A DNA stretch of 64,000 nt from NCBI GenBank assembly GCA_002448475.1, contig DJYI01000126.1, forward strand, positions 64,214 through 128,213, written 5' to 3'. Under the pieces are notes generated by a model that ran no database searches, was not told the DNA's origin, and saw only the letters and a list, made by a program, of their open reading frames with translations. This DNA is from Verrucomicrobia bacterium UBA6982 (lineage in GTDB: Bacteria; Verrucomicrobiota; Kiritimatiellia; RFP12; UBA3636). The stretch's first letter is position 1, and the number at the start of each line of letters is the position of its first letter. A program made the position numbers and the translations under genes. Below, one piece after another: positions 16,989-26,568 of this stretch.

Positions 16989-17702
16989 ATGTCAGCGAAT
17001 GTGATCAAGAGTGTCGTTTTCGACCTCGACGGAACGCTCTACGACGAGGGCGGCTGCTACTCCGCCGCGATGGCGGCGGCCGCCGCGGTCGCTGCCGAAC
17101 GATACGGCATCGCGGCCGACGAGTTCCGGTCCGAGGCGAAGGTCCAGTTCGCCTGGCAGGAGGAGCGGTTCCCGGATCAGGCCGCGCTGCACGACCGCCA
17201 CATGCGCTTCCAGCGCATTCTGGAAGCCCACGGCAAGCCGCCCTCCGGAGCCTGGCAGATCGCGCAGAGTTACTGGGAGGCATATCTTGAGGCCATGCGA
17301 GTGCGCCCGGACGCCGCAGACACGCTCGCCTCCCTGCGCGCGCGCGGTCTGCGCGTCGGCGTCGGCACCAACATGACCTGCGCCATGCAGCTTTCGAAGA
17401 TCGAGCGTCTCGGCCTTGGCCGTTTTCTCGATTTTATCGTCTCCAGCGAGGAAGCCGGCTGCGAGAAGCCGAATCCGCGCTTCTTTTCCCTTGTTTGCGA
17501 AAAGGCGCGCTGCGCGGCTGGCGAAGTTCTCTTCTGCGGCGACAATCTTGCGCTCGACGCCCGTGGAGCGAAGGCGGCGGGAATGCGCGGCGTTTGGCTC
17601 GTCACGGCATCCGGGCAGTCCCCGGCCGACGCGCCGGACGTGGAGTCCGTTCTGTCCCTTTCCGCAATTGTCGCGCTCCTTTCCGGCGGTTCGCAGCAGT
17701 GA
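16989..17702 (+). CDS. HAD-superfamily hydrolase (subfamily IA)
   Basis: MSANVIKSVVFDLDGTLYD (motif I DxDGT), …VGVGTN… and GDNLALD motifs. I took the ATG at 16989; the ORF-track start at 16977 is GTG. Confidence 0.8.
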   Translation: MSANVIKSVVFDLDGTLYDEGGCYSAAMAAAAAVAAERYGIAADEFRSEAKVQFAWQEERFPDQAALHDRHMRFQRILEAHGKPPSGAWQIAQSYWEAYLEAMRVRPDAADTLASLRARGLRVGVGTNMTCAMQLSKIERLGLGRFLDFIVSSEEAGCEKPNPRFFSLVCEKARCAAGEVLFCGDNLALDARGAKAAGMRGVWLVTASGQSPADAPDVESVLSLSAIVALLSGGSQQ

Positions 17703-18754
17703 AGACATCCGATTTCGACTATGTTCTCCCGCCGGAGCGCATCGCGCAGACCCCTCCCCCCGAGCGCGGCGTTTCGCGCATGCTCGTGCTGCACCGCGAC
17801 ACGGGAATGATCGAGCATCGCCATGTCGGCGACATCGTGCAATACCTGCGCCCCGGCGACTCGATGCTTTTCAACGACACCAGAGTGTTTTCAGCGCGCG
17901 CCTTCGGACACTGGGAGGATACGCCTGGCCGCGTCGAAGTCCTCTTCGTCGAGCCGTCCGGCCTGCGCCCCGGAGCCTGGACCGCGCTGTGCCGCTCATC
18001 GCGTCCCGCTCTCCCCGGGCGGACTATGGTCCTGGCCAACGGCGAAATTCGCGCGACTGTCCTTGAAAAAAGCGCCCGCGACGGCCATCTCGACCTTCGG
18101 CTTGAATACACCGGGGATCTGTTTGAAATTCTCGACCGCACCGGCGTTCCTCCAGTCCCGCCATACATCCGGCGCGGGCCGGGAGACCCGCGCACGAATC
18201 TCGACCGCGAGCGCTACCAGACCGTTTACGCGCGGGAAACCGGTGCCGTCGCGGCTCCGACCGCCGGTCTGCACTTTTCGGAGGTGCTTCTGCGGCGCAT
18301 CGACGAAGCCGGTGTCCGTCGCGCGTTCGTGACTCTGCATGTGGGCCCGGGGACGTTCCGTCCGGTAAAGACCGACACCGTCGAAGACCACGTCATGGAC
18401 TCCGAGCGCTACGAGGTGCCGCAGTCCGCTGCCGACGCGGTTGCCGCCGCGCACGCCGCCGGCGGTCGTGTTTTCGCCGTCGGCAGCACCACTGTGCGGA
18501 CGCTTGAGACGGTGGCCGCCGCAAACGACGGCAGAATCGTCGCCGGAAAGGGGCGCTCGTCGATTTTCATCTATCCGCCTTTCCGCTTCCGCGCCGTTGA
18601 CGCGATGCTTACAAATTTCCATCTCCCGCAATCGACCCTGCTGATGATGGTGTCCGCGCTTGCCGGGCGCGAGCGCGTTCTGGCCGCCTACGAGGAGGCG
18701 ATCCGCGAGGGATACATGTTTTACAGCTATGGCGACTGCATGCTCATCGTCTAG
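17699..18754 (+). CDS. queA: S-adenosylmethionine:tRNA ribosyltransferase-isomerase
   Basis: (V/M)KTSDFDYVLPPERIAQTP… matches the QueA N-terminus (MRVTDFDFELPE…), and …PPYIRR…LHFS… are also conserved. GTG start at 17699 overlaps the HAD stop; the ORF-track upstream extension is antisense to nothing real. Confidence 0.85.
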   Translation: MKTSDFDYVLPPERIAQTPPPERGVSRMLVLHRDTGMIEHRHVGDIVQYLRPGDSMLFNDTRVFSARAFGHWEDTPGRVEVLFVEPSGLRPGAWTALCRSSRPALPGRTMVLANGEIRATVLEKSARDGHLDLRLEYTGDLFEILDRTGVPPVPPYIRRGPGDPRTNLDRERYQTVYARETGAVAAPTAGLHFSEVLLRRIDEAGVRRAFVTLHVGPGTFRPVKTDTVEDHVMDSERYEVPQSAADAVAAAHAAGGRVFAVGSTTVRTLETVAAANDGRIVAGKGRSSIFIYPPFRFRAVDAMLTNFHLPQSTLLMMVSALAGRERVLAAYEEAIREGYMFYSYGDCMLIV

Positions 18755-18767
18755 GTTCCGGAGTCCC

Positions 18768-19991
18768 ATTTCGCGTCGCGCCAACGCCGTCGGCTGCGCC
18801 GTTGCGGCTGCGCTGTCGGCATTCGTCCCGGCGGACGCCGTGGCGGCCACGCTTGTCGCCACGCTCGTGCCCGGACGGACATCGCTCTGCGTCGGGGAAA
18901 AGGCGACGATCGTTCTCGACCTTGATCTTGAGGGCGCGGAGCTTTACACCGAGCGGCCAGATCCTTTTGACGCTTTTTTCGGACGATCATCGCCGAGGTC
19001 GGATGCCCTTTCCCTTTCCGGGATTCCCGATGCACGAGACATAGTGGGTTTCGGCCAATTCGAGCGGGCGAACGCGCCACGCGCCGGAGTCATGCGCTTT
19101 GTCTCCGAAGTCGAGGCGATTGCTCCCGGCGACATCTCGTTCTCCCCCGTCATTTCCGGAACCGTTGCGCGAACCGTCGCCACGCGCGGTTTCGTGAGGC
19201 AGATTTCCACCGAGCCGTTTTCCGCCGCCGCCGGCTCCATCAGTCTGCGTGTGTCGGAAGTGCCGAAGGAAGGTCGGCCGGCCGACTTCTGCGGTGCTGT
19301 CGGAGACGCGCTGCAGCTCGCCGCAACTCTTGAACCCGCAGAATGCGCGCTTGGCGATCTCGTGACGCTTCGCTGGACGATTACCGGTCCCGGGGCAGGA
19401 CTTGCCGCTCCCGTTGCCTGGACCCCCGGAGACGGATTCAAGTCATATCCCCCACGCGAGGGAGAGCACGATGAAAACTCCTTTTCCGCCACTCAGATCG
19501 TGATTCCAGTGGACGAATCCGCATCGAACGCCGCCCCGTTCTCCGTGTCGTGGTTCGACCCGGCCGCAGGCAGTTTCCGAACGCGGTCGGCCGGTCCCTG
19601 GTCTCTGCGTTTTCGCGAACGCCCGGAACCGGAGGAGGTCCAGGCCGTTACGACTGGCGATGAAGTCGCTTCAAACTCCCCTGCCCTCCCCCGCTCTCAC
19701 GGCGCGCCCAACGCCTCTTCCGACGGAGCGCCAGACGACGCGATCGAAACTGCTGCGTCAGATTCCACCAAGGCGCCCCCCAAAGTCGGCGCTTCCGTTG
19801 GCGCGGAGTTTCAGACTACCGAATCTCTTCCAGCTCGTTTTGCGCCCTGGCCAAAGTCTCGAGCCCTTTACCAAATCCCCGCCGGAACGTCCGTGAAGGT
19901 GCGTGAGATTTCCGAAAACGGCTGGCTGCGCGTCTTGTTGCCAAGCGGCGCCACGGGCTGGATCAAGGCTCCTGACACCAGCAAGAACTAG
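18768..19991 (+). CDS. secreted hypothetical protein with a C-terminal bacterial SH3 domain (start uncertain)
   Basis: C-terminus …ALYQIPAGTSVKVREISENGWLRVLLPSGATGWIKAP (SH3_3-like). A clean signal peptide ISRRANAVGCAVAAALSAFVPADAVA has no in-frame ATG after the queA stop; candidate starts are ATT 18768, CTG 18813 and GTG 18840. Confidence 0.5.
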   Translation: MSRRANAVGCAVAAALSAFVPADAVAATLVATLVPGRTSLCVGEKATIVLDLDLEGAELYTERPDPFDAFFGRSSPRSDALSLSGIPDARDIVGFGQFERANAPRAGVMRFVSEVEAIAPGDISFSPVISGTVARTVATRGFVRQISTEPFSAAAGSISLRVSEVPKEGRPADFCGAVGDALQLAATLEPAECALGDLVTLRWTITGPGAGLAAPVAWTPGDGFKSYPPREGEHDENSFSATQIVIPVDESASNAAPFSVSWFDPAAGSFRTRSAGPWSLRFRERPEPEEVQAVTTGDEVASNSPALPRSHGAPNASSDGAPDDAIETAASDSTKAPPKVGASVGAEFQTTESLPARFAPWPKSRALYQIPAGTSVKVREISENGWLRVLLPSGATGWIKAPDTSKN

Positions 19992-21454
19992 CGCCCTTCG
20001 TCATTCTTCGGCGCGAGCATGGCGGCAAATGGCAGCCCTGGCGCCTTGAGCAATTTCAGGACGCGCCGAACTTCGGGCGAGCCGGCATCGGTGCAGTCGA
20101 TGCGCAGCGCCACAGCCCCGGTTTCTCCTATTGCCGCCGCGACTTCAGGTGCCGGAAACGTTTCGCGCTCCATGCGTTGACACTCTCGGCACCAATCGGC
20201 GGAAAGTTCAAGAAGAATGGGGGAATCGAGAGCGGTCGCCACCGCGATTGCAGTTTGCTCGTCGATGAGCCATTCTACGCTTCCGCTTGCGGCGTCCGCT
20301 GGCGTTGTCGAGTCAGCGGAGCCATGCCCGGCACCCTTGCGAAATGGGCCGCCAATTGCCTCAGCGAACTGCCAGGCGGCAAGCGCGAAGAAAATCGCGG
20401 CGTATGCCCATTTGACGCGAACCATCCATCTCCCCGGTCGCGGCAGCGATGCCATTCCGGCACCGAGAGCCGGCCAGGGAAGTCCCATTCCGACGCCGAC
20501 GAGAAGCGGGACAAGCGCGCCGGCGACTGGTCGTCCTCCGGCCGAAAACTCCGCCGCAAGAACAAGGGCCGAGGCCAGAACCGGAGCCACGCAGGCTCCG
20601 CCGAGCGCTGCGGAAATGGCGCCGAGAGCAAATGCGCGGGCGAGATGAATCCTGGGGGCGGCATTTCCTGCCAATTGCGCGGAGTTGCTCCGGAAACGTC
20701 CGGCAAGACGCGAAAGATCGATGGTGAACACGTCCAGCGATGCAAGTGCGAAAAATGCAAACGCCGCGCCTATCGCGACATGAAACCACGGCATTCCCTG
20801 CCATGCGCCGAACATTCGTCCGCCGCGAACCGCCATCAGGCCGAGAGCGCCGAACGCGACCGCCATGCCAGCGCCGAACGCGACGCCGGAGGCCGCGCCG
20901 CGCCGCCGCGCCGCCGCGCTGGAAATGGACGGCGTGGCTGCGGAGGCCGAAGCAGCCGCGCTGCCGGCGCCTAGCATGGCAAGAAATACCGGAACGAGCG
21001 GCAACACGCACGGAGTAAGGTTCAGTGCCGCCCCGGCGCAAAGCAGGACCACGACGAGAAGCGGCCACCCGCCGATGCGCCTGGCGCGCAAGAGGATGTC
21101 TGACTGTTCGGCGTGTTCTCCCGACGCGCCGTCGCCTGCTTCGCCTCTGATGAATGCGGCGAATGCCGACGCATCCATGAAACCCGGGGCGACACGCAGC
21201 ACTTCGCAAGATTCAAGGCCGTTGACGTATTCCGTCGCACTGCCGGCGGTTGCCGACGAAGTCGCACCGGTGTCGCGCGCGATGGCCGAGGCGACGTCCG
21301 CCGGAAGATAGCAGACGCCATCGACGCAGATTGGCTCCGATGATTCCGGAACTGGCGAGGCTGGAGACGCCTCGTCAGCCGCGGACGGAGAGCCCGCGAC
21401 AAAAACCGCAATGGCGGCGAAGGCGACAGTGGCGCGAATTGACAGGCTTTTCAT
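19988..21454 (-). CDS. dsbD: thiol:disulfide interchange protein DsbD family (CcdA-like TM core plus C-terminal thioredoxin-like domain)
   Basis: …LNLTPCVLPLVPVFLA… (CcdA/DsbD TM motif) and C-terminal …ELSADWCRECQRME… (WCxxC thioredoxin). Signal peptide MKSLSIRATVAFAAIAVFVAG. Confidence 0.8.
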   Translation of the reverse strand: MKSLSIRATVAFAAIAVFVAGSPSAADEASPASPVPESSEPICVDGVCYLPADVASAIARDTGATSSATAGSATEYVNGLESCEVLRVAPGFMDASAFAAFIRGEAGDGASGEHAEQSDILLRARRIGGWPLLVVVLLCAGAALNLTPCVLPLVPVFLAMLGAGSAAASASAATPSISSAAARRRGAASGVAFGAGMAVAFGALGLMAVRGGRMFGAWQGMPWFHVAIGAAFAFFALASLDVFTIDLSRLAGRFRSNSAQLAGNAAPRIHLARAFALGAISAALGGACVAPVLASALVLAAEFSAGGRPVAGALVPLLVGVGMGLPWPALGAGMASLPRPGRWMVRVKWAYAAIFFALAAWQFAEAIGGPFRKGAGHGSADSTTPADAASGSVEWLIDEQTAIAVATALDSPILLELSADWCRECQRMERETFPAPEVAAAIGETGAVALRIDCTDAGSPEVRRVLKLLKAPGLPFAAMLAPKNDEGR

Positions 21455-21493
21455 AACTGAACACTTGGAATGCGTCGGAAACGGGGGAAGTTG

Positions 21494-22927
21494 TCATTGA
21501 CGGCGCGTGGACGAGAGGTAATTGTCCAGAAACGACAATCCCGTCGCCTCGTCGGTGATTTCTCCGGAAATCTGCGCGTCGTAGCATGCGTCCAGGATCG
21601 GGCCGAAGTCATGGCCGGGCTTCATGCCACGGGCGATGAGGTGGCGACCGAGAACAATTGGACGCGGCGCCTCCCTTTGTATCGCGAGGCGTTCGATTCT
21701 TTCGCGGAATTCACGCACAATCCAAAGCGATTCATGCGAGTCCGGATTTCCTCCGGCAGGCGTGGTTCCGCGAATGTCGCATTCGACGACTCCGGCAAGC
21801 AGATCGAGGCGTCCGGCGTCAACGGCGAGGCGCCGCCATGCTCGGTCGCCAGCCTTTTCGATCACGAGCGGAACCGGGCGCATGTGAAGTCGCACCAGAG
21901 TGGCCACGAGATCCGCGAACTTGCGCTGGTTCCAGAGCCGCAGAACGAAAGCCCTGGCCGGCTCCACTCCGGCCAGCTCATGGGTGTAGGCGTGAATGCG
22001 CCCGTCGTCGCCGCGCGCGGTTGTGGACGGCTTTCCAAAGTCGTGGCAGAGGACGGCCAGCGCCACAGTCAGGTCATCGGAGCGAATGCCGGTTCGCAGC
22101 GCCGGAACGGCGTCGAGCGCCAGGAGCGTGTGAGTCCAGACATCGCCCTCGGGGTGGAATGTCGGATCCTGCGGGCATCCTGGCAGGGCGGCCAGTTCCG
22201 GATAGAAGCGCAACCAGCCGCATTGGCGCAGAAATTCCAGTCCGCGCGACGGCGCGGCGCCGCCAACTAGCAGTTTCTCCCATTCCGCCGCAATCCGTTC
22301 GCGCGGAAGCGCGGACTGAGACATGGACGAACACAGGGCTATCGTTTCCGGGGCCGGAGCGAGGAATGGAAACCGCGCGAGGAACTGCATTCCGCGCAGA
22401 ACGCGCAGCGGGTCCTCGGAAAAATGCCGGGAGACGTGGCGCAGGACGCCATTGCGGAGGTCCTCCACGCCACCATGCGGATCGATGACTTCAAGCGTGA
22501 GCGGATCGGCCATGACCGCATTGACCGTGAAGTCGCGCCGCGCTGCGGCTTCGGCTGGGGACAGGAATGGATCGGAGTCCACCGCGAAGTCGCGGTGCCC
22601 CTCCCCTAGCCGCGTTTCTCGGCGCGGCAGCGAAACATCGACGTCAAGGCCCTTAAGCTTGACTACTCCAAAACTCTCGCCCACCTCGTCAAGTGGCCAG
22701 CGCTCGGCAAGAGCCGGAAGCAGAGTTTCGGGCGTCACGCCATGCACTTCGACGTCGAAGTCATGGCATTCGCGGCCCATAAGCGCGTCGCGAACGCAGC
22801 CGCCGACGAACAGGGCCCGTCCGCCAAGACTTGCTGCAGTCCGTGCAACGCCGCGGGCCGCCTCAAGCGATGGAGACGGGCGTGATGGCCGCAGCGCGGA
22901 TAGAGACAAATCCGGAGAGGTGCTCAT
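21494..22927 (-). CDS. cca: CCA tRNA nucleotidyltransferase / poly(A) polymerase family protein with HD domain
   Basis: …GGCVRDALMGRECHDFDVEV… (nucleotidyltransferase head GGxVRD…DxD), …RRDFTVNA…, and …VLCHDFGKP… (HD domain). ATG at 22927; the ORF-track start at 22945 is TTG. Confidence 0.75.
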   Translation of the reverse strand: MSTSPDLSLSALRPSRPSPSLEAARGVARTAASLGGRALFVGGCVRDALMGRECHDFDVEVHGVTPETLLPALAERWPLDEVGESFGVVKLKGLDVDVSLPRRETRLGEGHRDFAVDSDPFLSPAEAAARRDFTVNAVMADPLTLEVIDPHGGVEDLRNGVLRHVSRHFSEDPLRVLRGMQFLARFPFLAPAPETIALCSSMSQSALPRERIAAEWEKLLVGGAAPSRGLEFLRQCGWLRFYPELAALPGCPQDPTFHPEGDVWTHTLLALDAVPALRTGIRSDDLTVALAVLCHDFGKPSTTARGDDGRIHAYTHELAGVEPARAFVLRLWNQRKFADLVATLVRLHMRPVPLVIEKAGDRAWRRLAVDAGRLDLLAGVVECDIRGTTPAGGNPDSHESLWIVREFRERIERLAIQREAPRPIVLGRHLIARGMKPGHDFGPILDACYDAQISGEITDEATGLSFLDNYLSSTRRQ

Positions 22928-24162
22928 TGCCGTGAGAGGACGCAAAGGGTTTCAAAATGCGCAGTGCGCGGAAACATTCCGAACATTCGCGCGGAAGCAA
23001 GACGGTATCCACCGGGGGCGCAGAGCATTTGCAAGTCGCGAGCGAGCGTGTCGGGGGCGCAGGATACGTAGGCGAGAGTCCTGGCGCGGTGGCGCAGAAG
23101 CGCAGACACGACGCGCCCGTCCAGTCCGGCCCTCGGTGGATCGACAAGAACGAATTCCCCCTCCCCTCCCCTTTCGGAAAGAAAGCGGTCCGCGTCGGAC
23201 GCTATGTCGCCGCAGACGAATTCGGATTTGGAGGCGAACCCGTGATCGCGGGCGTTGGCGCGGGCCGCGGCAATGACGTCGCGCCCGGAATCTAGGCCGG
23301 CGACCCTCCCGGCTCCAAGAGCCGCGGCGGACAGGCCGAACACGCCGACGCCGCAGCACAGATCGACGAACACGCGCGGCGGGTCGTGGCGGACGAGCTC
23401 GGCGACCGCGCGGACTAGAGCTGCGCCCGTTTCACCGTTAGTCTGCCAGAAACCGCGTGCGGGGACGCGCATTGATCCCAGAATCGGGGTTTCCTCGACA
23501 AGTTCCGGGAGCGGCGGATCGGCGCGCGCGGCAGGACGATCCGCCCATACGACGACGCGACCTCCGGACGAAGCGCGGAGCGTGACTTTCGCGCCGGCGC
23601 CGGCCCAGCGCCAGAAGTCGCGGGAAGCGCGCATTTCGCGCAGTTCGTCGTTGATTTCCCCAAGCGAGAGCGGGCACTGCGGCACATCGACCACGGTTCG
23701 GTTGTCTTCTCCAAAGTATCCCATGACAAATCGGCCAGTCGCCGCGAGGCGCGCGACGTGCATGACGGTTTTGTTGCGGTAGTTGAGGTGACGCGAAGGG
23801 ACGAACGGCGAAGAGACGATCTCGGCGGCGGCGTCGCCCAGACCTGCCTGACGCGAAAGGAACTCAAGAAGCTGGCGTTGCTTCCACCGCGTCTCCGCCT
23901 CGAAGGAGGCGTGTCCGTAAACGCAGCCGGGAACGCCGACGCACTCCGGATCCGCAAGCCGATCCGGCGACGGCTCCAGCACGCGCGCAAGACACGCTTC
24001 GCGGAAGTTTTTCCTTTCGCGAACTATTCTCGCCTCGACAAGTTCGCCGGGGCATGTGCCCGGCACGAAATGGACAATGCCGCCGAGGCGTGCAACGCCG
24101 GCGCCGCGATACGCGACGCTCTCGATCCGAAGGACCGTGGCGGACGAGTCGGCAGTCACCAC
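22924..24162 (-). CDS. 23S rRNA (uracil-5-)-methyltransferase RumA/RlmD family (TRAM domain, Fe-S cysteines, class I SAM methyltransferase)
   Basis: The N-terminal TRAM-like region (…VLRIESVAYRGAGVAR…VHFVPGTCPGELVEARIV…), cysteine cluster and C-terminal …DLCCGVGVFGL…VDPPRAGL… are typical. Apparent GTG start at 24162. Confidence 0.8.
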   Translation of the reverse strand: MVTADSSATVLRIESVAYRGAGVARLGGIVHFVPGTCPGELVEARIVRERKNFREACLARVLEPSPDRLADPECVGVPGCVYGHASFEAETRWKQRQLLEFLSRQAGLGDAAAEIVSSPFVPSRHLNYRNKTVMHVARLAATGRFVMGYFGEDNRTVVDVPQCPLSLGEINDELREMRASRDFWRWAGAGAKVTLRASSGGRVVVWADRPAARADPPLPELVEETPILGSMRVPARGFWQTNGETGAALVRAVAELVRHDPPRVFVDLCCGVGVFGLSAAALGAGRVAGLDSGRDVIAAARANARDHGFASKSEFVCGDIASDADRFLSERGGEGEFVLVDPPRAGLDGRVVSALLRHRARTLAYVSCAPDTLARDLQMLCAPGGYRLASARMFGMFPRTAHFETLCVLSRQ

Positions 24163-25268
24163 CCGGCCCCCGATTCCTTGGCGCGCGCGGAGAGAACAAG
24201 GTCCCAGACAGCGAATGCCGCCGCGCTCTCGACAAGGGGCACGGCGCGGGGAACGACACAGGGATCGTGTCGTCCAGGGACTGAAAGAGGAACTTCGCGG
24301 TTCGTCTCCGGATCGACCGTGGTTTGCGGCGCCGAAATCGAGGGAGTTGGCTTGAATGCCAGTCGCGCAATGATCGGGAGTCCAGTCGTTATGCCGCCTT
24401 CGGCGCCTCCGGCGCGGTTGGTGGCGCGGCCGATGCGCGACGGATCGCCGTCTGGCGACGGAACCGGGCGATCATTGTTCGCGGATCCGCGGCGGCGTGC
24501 GCACGCGAAGCCGTCGCCGAAAGCGACCGCCCGCACTGCGGGAAGCGAAAAGAACATCGATCCGAGTTTCGTCTCGACACGGTCAAACACCGGAGCTCCG
24601 ATCCCGGCCGGAATCCCGGCGACGCGCACTTCCACAACGCCGCCCACGCTGTCGCCTTCGACGCGCGCGCGTTCGATCTCGGCGATCATAGCGGCTCCGG
24701 CGACATCCGAGAGAACGGCTAGAGCTTTGTTGGAAACGTCCGGAATCTGTTCCGCGTGGTCAGGATCGGCCGGGTCGGCCACGCCGCCGATTTCGACGAT
24801 TCTTGCGCGAACGGTCGCGCCTAGACGTGCAAGCGCCTGCATGGCGACAGCGCCCGCGAAACACAGCCCTGCCGTGACGCGAGCCGAAAAATGGCCCCCG
24901 CCGCGCGGATCGTTGGCTCCGCCGTAGCGGAGAAGCCCTGTGAGGTCCCCATGGCCGGGGCGCGGCGCGCGGCGCAGTTTCGCATAGTCTCCGGAGCGCG
25001 CGTCCGCGTTGCGGATGACTGCGGCAAGCGGCGTCCCGGTAGTATGCTCCTCGAAAAGACCGGAAAGTATCTCTGGGGCGTCGGTCTCCCTTCGTGCCGT
25101 GCTGAGCGGGCCGCCGCCGGCTGGCGCGCGGCGGGCCATGTGGCACGCGAGCGCGGCCTGGTCTATCGGAATGCCTGGCGGCGGACTGTCGATCACGCAT
25201 CCGACGGCCTTTCCATGAGACTCGCCGAACAGCGAGAGGCGGATGTTTTCCCCGAACGAGGACGTCAT
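24156..25268 (-). CDS. aroC: chorismate synthase
   Basis: FGESHG…, …GRHDPCVVPRAVP…, and …FKPTPSI… are signature AroC motifs; 370 aa. Confidence 0.9.
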   Translation of the reverse strand: MTSSFGENIRLSLFGESHGKAVGCVIDSPPPGIPIDQAALACHMARRAPAGGGPLSTARRETDAPEILSGLFEEHTTGTPLAAVIRNADARSGDYAKLRRAPRPGHGDLTGLLRYGGANDPRGGGHFSARVTAGLCFAGAVAMQALARLGATVRARIVEIGGVADPADPDHAEQIPDVSNKALAVLSDVAGAAMIAEIERARVEGDSVGGVVEVRVAGIPAGIGAPVFDRVETKLGSMFFSLPAVRAVAFGDGFACARRRGSANNDRPVPSPDGDPSRIGRATNRAGGAEGGITTGLPIIARLAFKPTPSISAPQTTVDPETNREVPLSVPGRHDPCVVPRAVPLVESAAAFAVWDLVLSARAKESGAGW

Positions 25269-26521
25269 TGGCTCAAAACCTCCACGCGCCCGCCGGCGCG
25301 TCTGTAGTCATCGAAAAACGAAGGCCACGACTTCGCCACGCTTGAAGCGCCGCGCAGTTCGCAGTGGCGCCTCGTGGCGAGCATCGCCGCCGCCATGGCG
25401 ATGCGGTGATCGCCCGCCGCGTCAGCATGAACGGAAGGTTCGGAAACGTCCCCTTTGGAGTCCCGTCCGATAGCATGCGTCGGAATGGGAAACACCGCAA
25501 GTCCGTCCGGACGCTCCTCCGCCCTCGCGCCGAAGGAGCGCAGAAGTGCGACGCTTGTCGCGATGCGGTCGCTTTCCTTGAGGCGAAGTCGTTCGCCGTG
25601 CGTCACGACAACGCCGCGCGGTGAAAATGCCGCGGCGGCCGCGATTGCCGGCACGAGATCCGGAATCTGGGAAACGTCGATTTCCGGGGGACTGGAATTT
25701 GGAGTGGCGGCGCGAATAGTCTCCAGAACCGACGGAAACACCGCGTCTCCCTGAAGTTCCGCTGAAGCCGGTGAAGTGATCGACACATTTGAACCCAGAT
25801 GGTTCGCAAGGTGCCAGAAGGCCTCCTGCGACGCGTCGCCCTCCACTTGGAACGCCCCGCCCGGGGGTGGAGCGTAGCGCGCACCGCCGGGAACGGCGAA
25901 ACCGTGCTCGGTTTCTGAAACGGAGACCCCGAACTCCCGCATGACCGCGATGGTCATTTCGACGTAAGGCCGCGACTGCAGCGCGCTGGCGAGCCGAATT
26001 TCGGAAGCGCCGCCAACGAGCGGAAGCGCCAGCAGCAGCCCCGAAACAAACTGCGACGAAACATCTCCGGGAAGCGTGTAGATGCCTGGGCGAAGCGCGC
26101 CGGAAACGCGGAGCGGGAGAAACTCGCCCGGTCTTTCCGGAAACTCGAACTTGACTCCGCCGTCCTCAAGCGCGTCGGCGTATGGAGCCATCGGGCGTCT
26201 TGGCAGACGTCCGGCCCCAACGAAAACCGCCGCGCGCCCAAAGGCTGCGGCCACAGGAACGAGCAAGCGCAGAGTCGTCCCGCTCTCGCCGCAATCCACG
26301 AGTGCTGGATTGCCGTCTTTGCGAATCGGGGCGAAAATCGCGTCCAGGGCACGGAGCGTCGCGCAGATGTCGTCCGAGGGGCGCGTCGGCGGCTTCACGG
26401 CGGAGGGGCATCCGGCCAGACGAGCGCAGATGAGCGCGCGGTGCAAAAGACTTTTTGACGGTGGCACCGACACCGGACCAGAAAGAGGTCCCGGGCCAAG
26501 CAGAAGAGAGTCGCAAGCCAT
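25265..26521 (-). CDS. aroA: 3-phosphoshikimate 1-carboxyvinyltransferase (EPSP synthase)
   Basis: …LLLGPGPLSGPVSVPPSKSLLHRALI…GTTLRLL…D..S.QF… is the EPSPS fold. ATG at 26519-26521 (MACDSL…). The stop overlaps the aroC start (ATGA). Confidence 0.85.
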   Translation of the reverse strand: MACDSLLLGPGPLSGPVSVPPSKSLLHRALICARLAGCPSAVKPPTRPSDDICATLRALDAIFAPIRKDGNPALVDCGESGTTLRLLVPVAAAFGRAAVFVGAGRLPRRPMAPYADALEDGGVKFEFPERPGEFLPLRVSGALRPGIYTLPGDVSSQFVSGLLLALPLVGGASEIRLASALQSRPYVEMTIAVMREFGVSVSETEHGFAVPGGARYAPPPGGAFQVEGDASQEAFWHLANHLGSNVSITSPASAELQGDAVFPSVLETIRAATPNSSPPEIDVSQIPDLVPAIAAAAAFSPRGVVVTHGERLRLKESDRIATSVALLRSFGARAEERPDGLAVFPIPTHAIGRDSKGDVSEPSVHADAAGDHRIAMAAAMLATRRHCELRGASSVAKSWPSFFDDYRRAGGRVEVLSQ

Positions 26522-26568
26522 GAAATGAGCTCCGCGCGGTAAAAAGCCTCGTCTGTTCGGAGAACTGC

